This document shows, one piece after another, positions 1 through 9,914 of a DNA stretch of 64,000 nucleotides; the stretch's first letter is position 1; each line of letters opens with the position of its first letter. The translations under genes were made by a program, and so were the position numbers. The notes under the pieces are model-generated. The model did no database searches. It saw only the letters and a program-made list of their open reading frames with translations, and had not been told where the DNA came from. The DNA lies in assembly GCA_050259615.1 (NCBI GenBank), contig JBLNAZ010000131.1:2646-66645 (forward strand), in the 5' to 3' direction. The DNA comes from Syntrophomonadaceae bacterium (GTDB lineage: Bacteria; Bacteroidota; Ignavibacteria; Ignavibacteriales; SURF-24).

Positions 1-124
1 CATTTGATATATTTGCACGTTACCTGCCCGTTTCATTGACAGACCGTAACAAATATAAGTTTTAAGGACATATTAACGCTAATTAACAGAAGAACTTATA
101 CATAAATTATCAATAGGAGCCGCC

Positions 125-1393
125 TTGGGTATCTCTGAAAGCATAAAAAGAATAAAGTCAGGATTCCTTCCTTCATTCTGGGTCGCAAATATAATGGAAC
201 TCTTCGAAAGAATAGCCTATTATGGCCAGACAGCCATTCTGAGCATTTTCCTGAGGGATCATCTTAAATTCAGTGAAATTGATACGGGAAGGCTGGCTTC
301 AATATTTAACGGGCTGATTTACTTTCTGCCGATTTTTGCCGGAGCGCTGGCAGACAAGTTCGGCTTCAGGAAGGCTTTTTCTTTTGCATTCCTCATTCTG
401 GCGATGGGATATTTTATGATAGGGGCAACGGGAATGGCGGCTTTTTCATCCTTATTCCCTCACGATAATCTTTTTCTGATACTCTCAATAATACTGATAT
501 TTACGGCAATAGGTGGATCTTTTATTAAGCCGAGCGTGCTTGGGACTGTAGCCTTAACGTCCTCTCCAGAGACAAAATCCGTCGGTTATGCGCTTTATTA
601 CACGCTTGTTAATATCGGAGGTGCTGTTGGTCCTTTCATTGCATATTTAGTACATCGTCATATAGGAATCCAGTTTGTCTATGTGGTTTCCTCAGTAAGC
701 TGTGCTTTAATGCTTGTCAGCACGCTTATTTTCTACAAGGAGCCGCCATCTGCAAAAGAAGGCAATGTAAGTCTCGGTGTGGTTGTGAAAAACCTGTTCC
801 TGGTGCTGAAAAACTTCAGGTTTATCATATTTTTGCTCATTTTTTCGCTTTACTGGCTCATGTACTGGCAGGTTTACATCATTATTCCTTTTTATGTAAA
901 AGATTTTATCTCAAAGGATGCACCCTTTGAAATTATCACCTCAGTGGGCGCCTGGAGCATTATATTTCTTCAGCTTTTTGTAAACTGGTTTACAAAGAAA
1001 TTGCCCCCCATTACCGCTATTATTACAGGCTTTGCCGTAGCAGCTATCTGCTGGCTTATAATAATGCTGAGTCCCACGGTACCGGTAATGATTGCAGGTC
1101 TGGTTATATTCGCAATAGGCGAAATGACACAGGCCCCGAGGTATTATGAATACATTGCGGATCTGGCTCCAAAGGGGCAGGCTGCGCTTTTCCAGGGCTA
1201 TGCTTTTCTTCCCATTGCAATCGGCTGGGCTTTCGGAGGCACTCTGGGCGGATGGCTTTACACATCGTTTGCAAAAGGCATAAGCAAATCCCCGCAAACC
1301 ATATTTCTGATCCTTTTTGGGATCGGCGTTCTGGCTGCGGTACTCATGTTTATTTATAATTTAGTAATAAAATCAAGGCCGAAAGCAGCTTAA
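125..1393 (+). CDS. Proton-dependent oligopeptide transporter (POT/PTR2 family, MFS)
   Basis: 422-aa multi-pass membrane ORF. ELFERIAYYG and FLPIFAGALADKFGFRK are POT/PTR2 signature motifs. TTG start lies 5 nt after AGGAG. Confidence 0.85.
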   Translation: MGISESIKRIKSGFLPSFWVANIMELFERIAYYGQTAILSIFLRDHLKFSEIDTGRLASIFNGLIYFLPIFAGALADKFGFRKAFSFAFLILAMGYFMIGATGMAAFSSLFPHDNLFLILSIILIFTAIGGSFIKPSVLGTVALTSSPETKSVGYALYYTLVNIGGAVGPFIAYLVHRHIGIQFVYVVSSVSCALMLVSTLIFYKEPPSAKEGNVSLGVVVKNLFLVLKNFRFIIFLLIFSLYWLMYWQVYIIIPFYVKDFISKDAPFEIITSVGAWSIIFLQLFVNWFTKKLPPITAIITGFAVAAICWLIIMLSPTVPVMIAGLVIFAIGEMTQAPRYYEYIADLAPKGQAALFQGYAFLPIAIGWAFGGTLGGWLYTSFAKGISKSPQTIFLILFGIGVLAAVLMFIYNLVIKSRPKAA

Positions 1394-1479
1394 TTCGCAA
1401 TCAGCTTAAATTAAGTTGAAATGGCAGGTCCGGATTCGTTATATTGTTAAAAACTTAAGCTTTTCATATTTTTATTATA

Positions 1480-2238
1480 ATGAAAAATATTTTTGAAAAT
1501 AGACTCGTAAAATGGCTTCTTATTGGTCTTGGCAGCCTTGCTGTGCTGATCATTCTTTTTAATATGATTATTATGCCCTGGTACGTCTCGGGCCGGGAAG
1601 TTGTAATCCCCAAAGTTGTGGGAATGAATGAAAAACAGGCCGAAAGTTTACTCTCGGATTCAGATCTTGACCCCGTAATTGGCGGGGAAAGATACAATGA
1701 AAAATTCCCCAAAGGAACTGTTATCTTTCAAAAACCGGCTGCAGGGGCAACGGTTAAAGAAGGAAGAAGAGTGTTCCTTTTTATTTCAAGCGGAATTCCT
1801 CTTGTAAAGGTGCCTGCCCTGAAGGGTAAATACCTGAGGGATGCCAGGCTGACTCTTGAAAAAATGGAGCTTTCTCTGGGTGACACTACAGTAGTGCAGT
1901 CGCAGTCTCCAAGAGACGTTATTATCGATCAGCAGTACTATGAGGGTACGCAAGTGCAGAAAGGTACAAGAATCAATGTCACCTTAAGCGCCGGCCAGAA
2001 TCTGGGGGTGAAAGTCCCTGACCTGCTTGGAAAATCCCTTACTGAAGCTGAGACTATCTTAAAAGACAACAAGCTGACCCCTGGAAAAATAAATTATCAG
2101 CCATCTTTCTCACTCCTGCCGAATACGGTAATAGACCAGTATCCGAGCAAGGATGCAACTGTGCAGGAAGGGGCGGCGGTGGACCTGTTTGTCACTAAAA
2201 ACGTTTCAACTCCAGATGAAGTGGAAGGTGCAAAATGA
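1480..2238 (+). CDS. PASTA domain-containing membrane protein (no kinase or PBP domain)
   Basis: N-terminal TM helix followed by three ~65-aa repeats, each opening VP..(V/L).G (VPKVVGMNEKQAE, VPALKGKYLRDAR, VPDLLGKSLTEAE), as in PASTA repeats. Confidence 0.8.
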   Translation: MKNIFENRLVKWLLIGLGSLAVLIILFNMIIMPWYVSGREVVIPKVVGMNEKQAESLLSDSDLDPVIGGERYNEKFPKGTVIFQKPAAGATVKEGRRVFLFISSGIPLVKVPALKGKYLRDARLTLEKMELSLGDTTVVQSQSPRDVIIDQQYYEGTQVQKGTRINVTLSAGQNLGVKVPDLLGKSLTEAETILKDNKLTPGKINYQPSFSLLPNTVIDQYPSKDATVQEGAAVDLFVTKNVSTPDEVEGAK

Positions 2239-2900
2239 AACTGATCTCTCCATCAATACTTAATGCCGACTTTGCCCGGCTTTCAGACGAGATAGCACTG
2301 GCTGAAAAAGGCGGGGCCGACTGGCTGCACTGCGATATAATGGACGGGCATTTTGTGCCGAATATCTCCTTCGGACCTTTTATAGTAAAGACCGCAAAAA
2401 AAATTACAAAACTTCCGCTGGATGTGCACCTGATGATCGAAAATCCGGATCTTTATATTGAGGATTTCGTTAAAAGCGGTGCCGATATTATAACCGTGCA
2501 CCAGGAAGCTGTGGTGCACTTAAACCGTACGATAGGTCATATAAAGAGCCTGGGGGCAAAGGCCGGGGTTTCAATTAACCCTTCCACTCCTGTAAGTATG
2601 TTAAAGGAAATTGCAGAGTTTGCGGATCTGGTGCTCATAATGTCGGTTAACCCGGGTTTCGGGGGGCAGCATTTCATTGAATCTTCTTTGCGGAAGATCA
2701 GGGAGACTGTCAGGCTGCGCGAGGAGATGAATGCCGGATTTTTAATTGAAGTGGACGGTGGTATATCTTCAGAAAACATTAAAAAAATATCGGATGCCGG
2801 TGCGGATGTTTTTGTTATCGGCTCAGCTATATTTAAGAGCGGTGATATTACGGCTGCAGCAGCCGGACTCAAAGATATTGTAAATACAAGGTATGTTTAA
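2235..2900 (+). CDS. rpe: Ribulose-phosphate 3-epimerase
   Basis: SPSILNADFARL, HCDIMDGHFVPNISFGP and MSVNPGFGGQ motifs. ATGA overlap with the upstream gene. Confidence 0.93.
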   Translation: MKLISPSILNADFARLSDEIALAEKGGADWLHCDIMDGHFVPNISFGPFIVKTAKKITKLPLDVHLMIENPDLYIEDFVKSGADIITVHQEAVVHLNRTIGHIKSLGAKAGVSINPSTPVSMLKEIAEFADLVLIMSVNPGFGGQHFIESSLRKIRETVRLREEMNAGFLIEVDGGISSENIKKISDAGADVFVIGSAIFKSGDITAAAAGLKDIVNTRYV

Positions 2901-2919
2901 TTTATAATTATGGTTTAAC

Positions 2920-4098
2920 ATGAGCTTAGTACTGGTTGGTGGAAAAGTAATTACTCCTTTCAGGATAATTGAGAATGGCGCCGTTGTAATTGACGGCAGC
3001 AAAATATATGAGCTCGGCAAGATGAACGATGTTCATATTCCCGATGACAGTGAAGTAATAGATATAAGCGGCAAGATTGTTTGCCCGGGATTTGTAGACC
3101 TCCTGGTCCACGGCGGACAGGGGCACGGGTTTACGGACGGCTCATTTGAGGATTTCAGCGCAATAAGTGAATATTTCTTAAGGAACGGTTCGACAACAAT
3201 GCTGGCTTCACTGTACGCAAAGCCTGAAAAGGAATTACTGGATAATATACGGAATCTGGCGGACTATATTTTCAGCCATCCGGAATCAAATATAAAAGGT
3301 CTTCACATGGAAGGTCCTTACCTGAACAAGGAATTTAAGGGCGCCATGAATGAAACTTATCTCTGGACCCCCACGGTTGAATCCTGGAAGAAGATGTGGG
3401 GCGCTTCAAGAGGCTTAATAAAACTGATGACAATTGCACCGGAACTGCCCGGAGCCATCGATGTGATGAGAGCTGCGGCAAATGACGGTGTGGTGCTTTC
3501 AATAGGCCATTCAATGTCAAACTACGGCGAGATTGAGCTCGCAATAGATAACGGCGCAGCCCACGTAACTCACATGTTTAACGCAATGAAACCCATTCAC
3601 CACAGGCAGCCCGGCGTTGCACTGGCCGCGCTTTTGAGGGATGAGCTGAAGATTGAACTTATTGCAGATACTTATCACGTGCATCCGGCAGTTATGGAAT
3701 TCCTGCTGAAGGTTAAAAAACCCACAGGAATTATACTTATTACAGATTCCATTAAGCCGGGCGGTATGCATGAGGGCGAGGAATTTGAATTTGCCGACCA
3801 GAAAGTACGCATCAGGGGCGGCAAAGCCATGCTGGATAACGGCACTATTGCCGGAAGTTCCCTTACATTAAATAAAGCCGTTAAGAATATGATTCAGTAC
3901 GCAGGAGCCAAGATTACAGAAGCTCTCAGAATGGCTTCATTAAACGGCGCCAAGGTGCTTAATATTGAAAACCAGAAGGGAATTCTTGCCGCAGGAAAAG
4001 ATGCCGATCTGGTTGTGCTCGACGAGGATTTCGAGGTTGAAATGACTATTCTGCAGGGCAAAATAAGTTATCAGAAAACTTCTGAAGACGTAAAGTAG
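2920..4098 (+). CDS. nagA: N-acetylglucosamine-6-phosphate deacetylase
   Basis: Amidohydrolase fold with PGFVDLLVHGGQGHGF, HMEGPYL, IGHS and THMFNAM motifs. Length of 392 aa is typical. Confidence 0.88.
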   Translation: MSLVLVGGKVITPFRIIENGAVVIDGSKIYELGKMNDVHIPDDSEVIDISGKIVCPGFVDLLVHGGQGHGFTDGSFEDFSAISEYFLRNGSTTMLASLYAKPEKELLDNIRNLADYIFSHPESNIKGLHMEGPYLNKEFKGAMNETYLWTPTVESWKKMWGASRGLIKLMTIAPELPGAIDVMRAAANDGVVLSIGHSMSNYGEIELAIDNGAAHVTHMFNAMKPIHHRQPGVALAALLRDELKIELIADTYHVHPAVMEFLLKVKKPTGIILITDSIKPGGMHEGEEFEFADQKVRIRGGKAMLDNGTIAGSSLTLNKAVKNMIQYAGAKITEALRMASLNGAKVLNIENQKGILAAGKDADLVVLDEDFEVEMTILQGKISYQKTSEDVK

Positions 4099-4110
4099 AC
4101 TTACCCCAGA

Positions 4111-4139
4111 AGAAGTGACTTACCATCACTTCTTTTTTT
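4111..4139 (+). terminator. Rho-independent terminator after nagA
   Basis: Perfect 8-bp stem agaagtga/tcacttct with a 7-nt loop, followed by T6. Confidence 0.7.
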
Positions 4140-4167
4140 ATATTTTCTTTTTGGAGATGGTGATAGA

Positions 4168-5358
4168 GTGAATACTCAACTGATAAATATTTCCTTTCCC
4201 GATATATTTAAGAGATACAGCTCGAAGTATAATATCTACAGGGAGCTTTATGAGAAGGGACAGCTGGGGCTTGAAATCCGGGGAATAAATGCCGGACTGC
4301 TGGACAGGATCCAGAGAATGATCTTTGAAAGAAATGAAATATGCTATAAGATACTTCATGTGTCCGGAGCAGATGCAGGCGATCTGCTGGTTACCGGCTC
4401 AATAGGGGCATTCATGGAAATAGCAAGAGACACTATTTCTTTCGGAAATGAGGACCTTGGCCATAAGATCACCTCTTTAATCAGAAACTATCTGGCTTAT
4501 GATAATTCCAGCTATAAGGTATGCGGCAGAATAGTACCGGCTGAGGAGTGCCTGGTTATGGGAATATTAAACGTAACTCCCGATTCATTTTCAGACGGCG
4601 GGCGGTACTTTCAGCATGAAAATGCCATCATTCATGCCAGGGAAATGATTAATGACGGTGCCGATATAATAGACATCGGAGGAGAATCCACACGCCCGGG
4701 CGCTGAAAGCGTAAGTGAAGCAGGGGAAATAGAAAGGATTATTCCTGTAATTGAAAAGATACTTGAGTTTTCGCCTGATACAGTCATCTCCGTTGACACG
4801 ACGAAAAAGAATGTTGCCCGTGAAGCCCTTAAACGCGGGGCAAAAATTATAAATGATATCAGCGGACTTACATTTGAGCCTGAAATTGCTCACGTTGCAA
4901 AAGAATTCAACGCAGGACTGGTGATAATGCATATTAAAGGAACGCCGAGAGATATGCAGGCTCATCCTTTCTATGAAGACGTTACCAGTGAGGTTTACGA
5001 TTTCCTTGCTGAAAGGGTTTCTTTTGCAAAGAAAGCCGGGGTTAAAAATATTATTGTCGATCCCGGAATCGGATTCGGCAAAAGGGTGCAGGACAACTAC
5101 GAACTTATTAAAAGGCTGGATGAATTTAAGGGCCTTGGGTTTCCAATACTTATCGGTGTTTCAAGAAAGGCATTTTTAGGCAAAACCATGGGAGGCCTTG
5201 AGCCTTTTGAGCGCGATACGGCAACAGTAATTGCAGAAGCTTTGTCAATAAGAAACGGAGCCAGGATAATCAGAACTCACAACGTAAAGAATGCCGTTCA
5301 GGCTAAAAAAATCTTAAAGTGTTTATCAAATCCGGAAGATATAAAGTTAAATGTTTGA
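4168..5358 (+). CDS. folP: Dihydropteroate synthase with ~115-aa N-terminal extension
   Basis: The DHPS core starts near residue 130 (MGILNVTPDSFSDGG, DIIDIGGESTRPG, ISVDT, INDISG, DPGIGFGK). The ORF stays open back to GTG 4168. The extension shows no motif I recognise. Confidence 0.85.
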   Translation: MNTQLINISFPDIFKRYSSKYNIYRELYEKGQLGLEIRGINAGLLDRIQRMIFERNEICYKILHVSGADAGDLLVTGSIGAFMEIARDTISFGNEDLGHKITSLIRNYLAYDNSSYKVCGRIVPAEECLVMGILNVTPDSFSDGGRYFQHENAIIHAREMINDGADIIDIGGESTRPGAESVSEAGEIERIIPVIEKILEFSPDTVISVDTTKKNVAREALKRGAKIINDISGLTFEPEIAHVAKEFNAGLVIMHIKGTPRDMQAHPFYEDVTSEVYDFLAERVSFAKKAGVKNIIVDPGIGFGKRVQDNYELIKRLDEFKGLGFPILIGVSRKAFLGKTMGGLEPFERDTATVIAEALSIRNGARIIRTHNVKNAVQAKKILKCLSNPEDIKLNV

Positions 5359-6154
5359 TCTTTTTAAAATAGGGTTTGTTCCCGTAACGCTGCTGGACGT
5401 AGTGGATATACTTATTGTGTCCTTTATTGTCTATAAGGTTTATAACGTAATTAAAGGCACAATTGCAGCACAGATTTTCATCGGTCTTATAGTTGTGCTC
5501 CTTCTTTCCATTACAGCTCAGGCGGCAAACCTGAAGGCTTTGGGCTACCTCTTAAAACTCGTTTCAGATACATGGGTTATAGCTTTTATCATTCTGTTCC
5601 AGCCCGAGATCAGGCGTCTTTTGCTTTTAATAGGGCGGAACCCTTTTATAAAAGTGTTTATTAAGAGCGATGAAAAAACAATAGCCCATATACTGACCGA
5701 GGCCGTGTTTGAACTTTCGCAGCTTCAGCACGGGGCACTTATTGTGGTAATTAAATCCACCGGAATCAGGTCTTTTGTTGAGTCGGGCGAAGTGCTTAAC
5801 GCCAAAATTAATAAAAACCTCGTGAAATCGATTTTTTATCCGAGGTCGCCTCTGCACGACGGTGCAATTATTATTAAGAACGATATCATTGAAGCTGCCA
5901 GATGCACACTGCCTCTTTCAAGTGTAACGAGCATCGACGGGCAATCCCTCGGCATGAGGCACAGGGCAGGCTTGGGAATTACAGAGCAGGCTGACGTATT
6001 GAGCATTATTGTCTCTGAAGAAACCGGAAGCATCTCTCTTGCCGAAGATGGAAAATTAAAACGTGGACTTTCCAAAGAAGCTCTCAGGGAAAAGCTTTCC
6101 TTTGCATTAAAAGGGCATAAGGCAAAGGGCTTAAACAGTTCTATTCAACATTAA
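5351..6154 (+). CDS. cdaA: Diadenylate cyclase CdaA (c-di-AMP synthase)
   Basis: Three N-terminal TM helices plus a DAC domain (HDGAIIIKND, GMRHRAGLGITEQADVLSIIVSEETGSISLA). Overlaps the folP stop by 8 nt. Confidence 0.9.
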   Translation: MFDLFKIGFVPVTLLDVVDILIVSFIVYKVYNVIKGTIAAQIFIGLIVVLLLSITAQAANLKALGYLLKLVSDTWVIAFIILFQPEIRRLLLLIGRNPFIKVFIKSDEKTIAHILTEAVFELSQLQHGALIVVIKSTGIRSFVESGEVLNAKINKNLVKSIFYPRSPLHDGAIIIKNDIIEAARCTLPLSSVTSIDGQSLGMRHRAGLGITEQADVLSIIVSEETGSISLAEDGKLKRGLSKEALREKLSFALKGHKAKGLNSSIQH

Positions 6155-6171
6155 TATTACAGCAGCTTAGT

Positions 6172-6816
6172 ATGATCTGTGCCGTTATACCTTTTTATAA
6201 TGAAAGAAATTCCATCCGTGAAATTATACGGCAGACAATGCCATATGCAGAGAAGATAATTCTTGTAGATGACGGTTCCACTGATGCTTCGGCAGAAATG
6301 GTTGAGGAAAATGAGAATGTAATACTCCTTGCCAATAAAGTAAATTCAGGCAAGGGCTTCGCTGTGAATATGGGTTTCCTGAAAAGCATTGAACTTGGAA
6401 GCCGGGTTACGGTAACACTGGATGCCGACCTGCAGCATGATCCCAAATGCATACCTGACTTTATTTCTGCGATTGAAAATTACGATATTGTAATTGGCAA
6501 CCGCCTTGGCGACGTTTCAAATATGCCTAAGCAAAGGATTCTCAGCAACCTTTTAACTTCGTACTTCTTAAGCAAAAAAACAGGTGTTAAGATTTTAGAC
6601 AGTCAAAGCGGATTCAGGGCTTACAGAACCGCGATACTTCATAATATTCTTCCCGGCTATAAAGGCTTTGAGGCGGAAAGTGAAATTCTTGTAAATGCTT
6701 CAAGAGAAAAATGCACAATAGGCTTTGTAAACATTCCTACAATTTATGCCGGCGAAAAAAGCAAAATGAGGGCTTTCCAGGCTATTGCCGGCTTTATTAA
6801 AGTACTTTTTATGTAG
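6172..6816 (+). CDS. Glycosyltransferase family 2
   Basis: VIPFYNERNSI...ILVDDGSTD...DADLQHDP (DxD-type GT-A fold motifs). Confidence 0.8.
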   Translation: MICAVIPFYNERNSIREIIRQTMPYAEKIILVDDGSTDASAEMVEENENVILLANKVNSGKGFAVNMGFLKSIELGSRVTVTLDADLQHDPKCIPDFISAIENYDIVIGNRLGDVSNMPKQRILSNLLTSYFLSKKTGVKILDSQSGFRAYRTAILHNILPGYKGFEAESEILVNASREKCTIGFVNIPTIYAGEKSKMRAFQAIAGFIKVLFM

Positions 6817-6862
6817 CGTATTTCTTTTAATTTGATGAATAAGGGGATTTTGGGCGAATATT

Positions 6863-7321
6863 ATGTCTAAAACTGATCTTAAGCGTCTCAGGCACGATAT
6901 GCCATTTTCCGAATCGGCAGCCATAATCCTGAAGCAGAAGTACAAGGATGCCAGGAAAAAGGCAGCTATATTTCTCAATGAAAGCTCTGTTGAGAATCTT
7001 CATTCATTGCGCATAGCCATAAGAAGGCTAAGGTACTCTCTGGAAAACTTTAAGGTCTGTTTCAGCAAGAAAGAATTTAAGAAGAATATTAAATATCTGA
7101 AAAACCTGCAGGATTTAATAGGAATAGGGCGCGATCTGGATATGGTAAAGGAAAACCTGGATAACATAGCTCTGGATTGTAAAACCATAATACCTGAGCA
7201 GTTTTATGAATGCTTCAATGAAAGGAAGAACAGAAGCCTGCAGGAAATTAAACTTGAATTCCTGAAATTCCTTCACGATAAAGAGGTCAGAAACTTTTTT
7301 ACAGACAAAAAGGAGGATTGA
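6863..7321 (+). CDS. CHAD domain-containing protein (short form)
   Basis: All-helical 152-aa ORF with LHSLRIAIRRLRYSLE, resembling the CHAD H.lRv..RRlRy motif. Confidence 0.6.
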   Translation: MSKTDLKRLRHDMPFSESAAIILKQKYKDARKKAAIFLNESSVENLHSLRIAIRRLRYSLENFKVCFSKKEFKKNIKYLKNLQDLIGIGRDLDMVKENLDNIALDCKTIIPEQFYECFNERKNRSLQEIKLEFLKFLHDKEVRNFFTDKKED

Positions 7322-7323
7322 AA

Positions 7324-8001
7324 ATGAAGCTGAAGTATTTTTCACATTCCGCTTTCCAGATAACAACGGACAACGGCAAGGTAATTCTGATTGATCCTTT
7401 TCTGGATGATAATCCCACGTCTCCCGTAAAATCCAGGGATCTTAAACCCGATTATATAGTGCTCACGCATGCACACGGCGATCACATGGGCGACGCAATG
7501 AAAATTGCCAAGGAAAGTGAGGCGGTGTTTATCTGCGTTTTTGAACTTTCAAATTACCTCTCCGCAAAGGGGTTTAAGACTCACGGGATGAGTATCGGGG
7601 GAGGTCATAATTTCGACTTTGGAAGGCTGAAATTTACAATTGCACATCATGGCTCCAGCGCTCCTGACGGTACGTACTGCGGGGAGCCTGCCGGGGTACT
7701 TCTGTTTATCGGCGGGAAGACGATCTATCACACGGGGGATACTGCTTTATTCTACGATATGAAGCTCATAGGTGAAATGAACAAAATTGACGTTATGTGT
7801 CTGCCCATAGGGGATAATTTTACCATGGATGTAACAGATGCAGTAAAAGCCGTGGAGCTGGCCAACCCGCGCCTAGCAATTCCGATGCATTACAGCACTT
7901 TTCCTTTAATTGAGGCCGACCCGTATGAGTTTAAAAGGCGTTTAGAAGAGAAAGGCAAGGACTGCCGCGTGCTGAATTTCGGGCAGGAAATAGACGTTTA
8001 G
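7324..8001 (+). CDS. Metal-dependent hydrolase, UPF0173 / MBL-fold family
   Basis: KLKYFSHSAFQITTDNGKVILIDPF...LTHAHGDHMGD (HxHxDH). ATG 7324 is preferred over TTG 7318 because AGGAGG at 7311-7316 lies 7 nt upstream. Confidence 0.8.
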   Translation: MKLKYFSHSAFQITTDNGKVILIDPFLDDNPTSPVKSRDLKPDYIVLTHAHGDHMGDAMKIAKESEAVFICVFELSNYLSAKGFKTHGMSIGGGHNFDFGRLKFTIAHHGSSAPDGTYCGEPAGVLLFIGGKTIYHTGDTALFYDMKLIGEMNKIDVMCLPIGDNFTMDVTDAVKAVELANPRLAIPMHYSTFPLIEADPYEFKRRLEEKGKDCRVLNFGQEIDV

Positions 8002-8057
8002 GAACATTTAAGCGGTTTTTAAGTGTTAACTTTTATTAAGGCACCGGCGAAATATAA

Positions 8058-8123
8058 TTACACATAAAAGCATTTTCTTATTTTGATAAATATGTGTAAC
8101 TTAGGGACATTATTTATCAAAAT
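8058..8123. promoter_or_regulatory. Two interleaved perfect inverted repeats upstream of parA
   Basis: ttacacata (8058-8066) pairs with tatgtgtaa (8091-8099). attttgataaata (8080-8092) pairs with tatttatcaaaat (8111-8123). The repeats lie 51 nt upstream of the parA ATG. Confidence 0.35.
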
Positions 8124-8173
8124 GGGCTATATTCATTAAATTCTCAATAGAATTTGAATACAATTAAATATTA

Positions 8174-8971
8174 ATGGCAAAAGTAATATCAATAGCGAAT
8201 CAGAAGGGCGGAGTAGGTAAAACTACTACTGCAATTAATTTATCTGCCTCAATGGCTGCGGCGGAAAATAAAACCTTATTAATAGACATTGATCCGCAGG
8301 CAAATTCCACCTCAGGCCTTGGCTATGACGGGAATAATAAGTCGGTTTATGAGGTGCTCGTAGGCCAGGAGGACATAAGCAACTGTATTACTAATACTTA
8401 TATGCCTTTTCTGGACCTTCTGCCTTCAACAATTAACCTCGTTGGAGCAGAAGTTGAGCTGATAAATGTAGACGTAAGGGAATCAATACTGAAAAAAGCG
8501 ATAGCTTCGATAGGGGAGAGATACGATTATATTTTTATTGACTGCCCCCCGTCTTTAAGTATTTTGACTTTGAATTCGCTGACGGCTTCAAATTCAGTAT
8601 TAATTCCGGTTCAGTGTGAATATTTTGCCCTGGAGGGTTTAGGGCAGCTCTTAAATACAATCAACATCGTCAAAAAGCACTTTAATGCGAACTTAATGAT
8701 TGAAGGTGTTCTACTGACCATGTTCGATACACGCCTAAGGCTTTCTCATCAGGTTGCCGAAGAAGTAAAAAAATACTTTGGAAGTAAAGTATTTGATACT
8801 GTAATCCAAAGAAATGTCAGAATTTCTGAAGCTCCAAGTCATGCCAAACCTGTGATATTGTACGATGCTGTTTCAGCAGGCGCACAAAATTACATAGGAT
8901 TAGCTTCAGAACTGATGAAAAGAAACTTAGTAGAAAATTCACAACAAGATAAAGTAAATGAGCAGCAATAA
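8174..8971 (+). CDS. parA: Chromosome partitioning ATPase ParA/Soj
   Basis: Deviant Walker [12 protein letters not shown], plus DCPPSL and the ParA-type C-terminus. Confidence 0.93.
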   Translation: MAKVISIANQKGGVGKTTTAINLSASMAAAENKTLLIDIDPQANSTSGLGYDGNNKSVYEVLVGQEDISNCITNTYMPFLDLLPSTINLVGAEVELINVDVRESILKKAIASIGERYDYIFIDCPPSLSILTLNSLTASNSVLIPVQCEYFALEGLGQLLNTINIVKKHFNANLMIEGVLLTMFDTRLRLSHQVAEEVKKYFGSKVFDTVIQRNVRISEAPSHAKPVILYDAVSAGAQNYIGLASELMKRNLVENSQQDKVNEQQ

Positions 8972-9914
8972 GTTTAGACCAGGCCTCGGCAGAGGCTTAG
9001 ATGCTTTAATATCACCAAATTTACAAAACAATAACAACAATAATCTGACAGTCCCGGCCAGCGAAATAAAATCCGACGACGGCCAGGCTGTGGATGTATT
9101 GGCAAAGATACCTTTAGGTGCAATTTCGCCCAACCCTTATCAGCCCAGAACAGAATTTGACCCGGCTGCACTTGAAGAATTAAAGAAATCCATTCTTGCC
9201 AACGGACTTATTCAGCCTGTTACAGTCAGAAGAACCGGCCCCCAGAAATACGAACTTATTTCGGGTGAAAGAAGGTACAGGGCGTGCGGCGAAATAGGCT
9301 TTAAAGAAATCCCGGCATATATCATTAAGGTCGAGACCAAAGAAGCCATGCTCGCTCTGGCGCTCATTGAAAATATACAGAGAGAGAAGCTGAATGCAAT
9401 TGAAATTGCACAGGCTTATAAGCGCCTTATGGAGGAATGTAACCTTACGCAGGAAGAAATTTCAGAGCAGGTGGGTAAGGACAGGTCCACAATTACCAAT
9501 TCAATCAGGCTTCTTAAACTTCCAAAGGAAATTCAGGACAGCCTTGTAAAAGAGCAGATCAGCCCGGGGCACGCCCGTGCACTGATAAATCTGCCAAATG
9601 AAACGTTCCAGCTTGAACTCTTAAAGAAAATTATTAAGGAAAACCTTACTGTCCGTAAGGTTGAGGAGCTGGTTAAACAGCTTGCCCTGGGAGGCCAGGC
9701 GGCAAAGAAACAGAAAGCCGGCATCACTCCGGGCACAGTTCAGTCGGTTTCACAGAGGGATTTTGAAGACAGATTAAGAAAAATTTTCGGCACAAAAGTT
9801 ACATGCAGGCAAAGACAGGATGGGACTGGCGAGGTTATCCTCGAGTTCTATTCCAAAGACGAACTTGACCGTTTATATGAGATGTTTGAAATTATTGGCA
9901 AAATGTATAATTAA
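8958..9914 (+). CDS. parB: Chromosome partitioning protein ParB/Spo0J
   Basis: ParB box GERRYRA, HTH region [27 protein letters not shown], and a 14-nt overlap with parA. Confidence 0.93.
   Translation: MSSNKFRPGLGRGLDALISPNLQNNNNNNLTVPASEIKSDDGQAVDVLAKIPLGAISPNPYQPRTEFDPAALEELKKSILANGLIQPVTVRRTGPQKYELISGERRYRACGEIGFKEIPAYIIKVETKEAMLALALIENIQREKLNAIEIAQAYKRLMEECNLTQEEISEQVGKDRSTITNSIRLLKLPKEIQDSLVKEQISPGHARALINLPNETFQLELLKKIIKENLTVRKVEELVKQLALGGQAAKKQKAGITPGTVQSVSQRDFEDRLRKIFGTKVTCRQRQDGTGEVILEFYSKDELDRLYEMFEIIGKMYN

Noticed and set aside
9820-9876. Upstream start for the DUF5683-like gene inside parB.
   Set aside because: It would create a 95-nt overlap with parB and add a non-hydrophobic leader. 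ATG 9877 yields a normal signal peptide.
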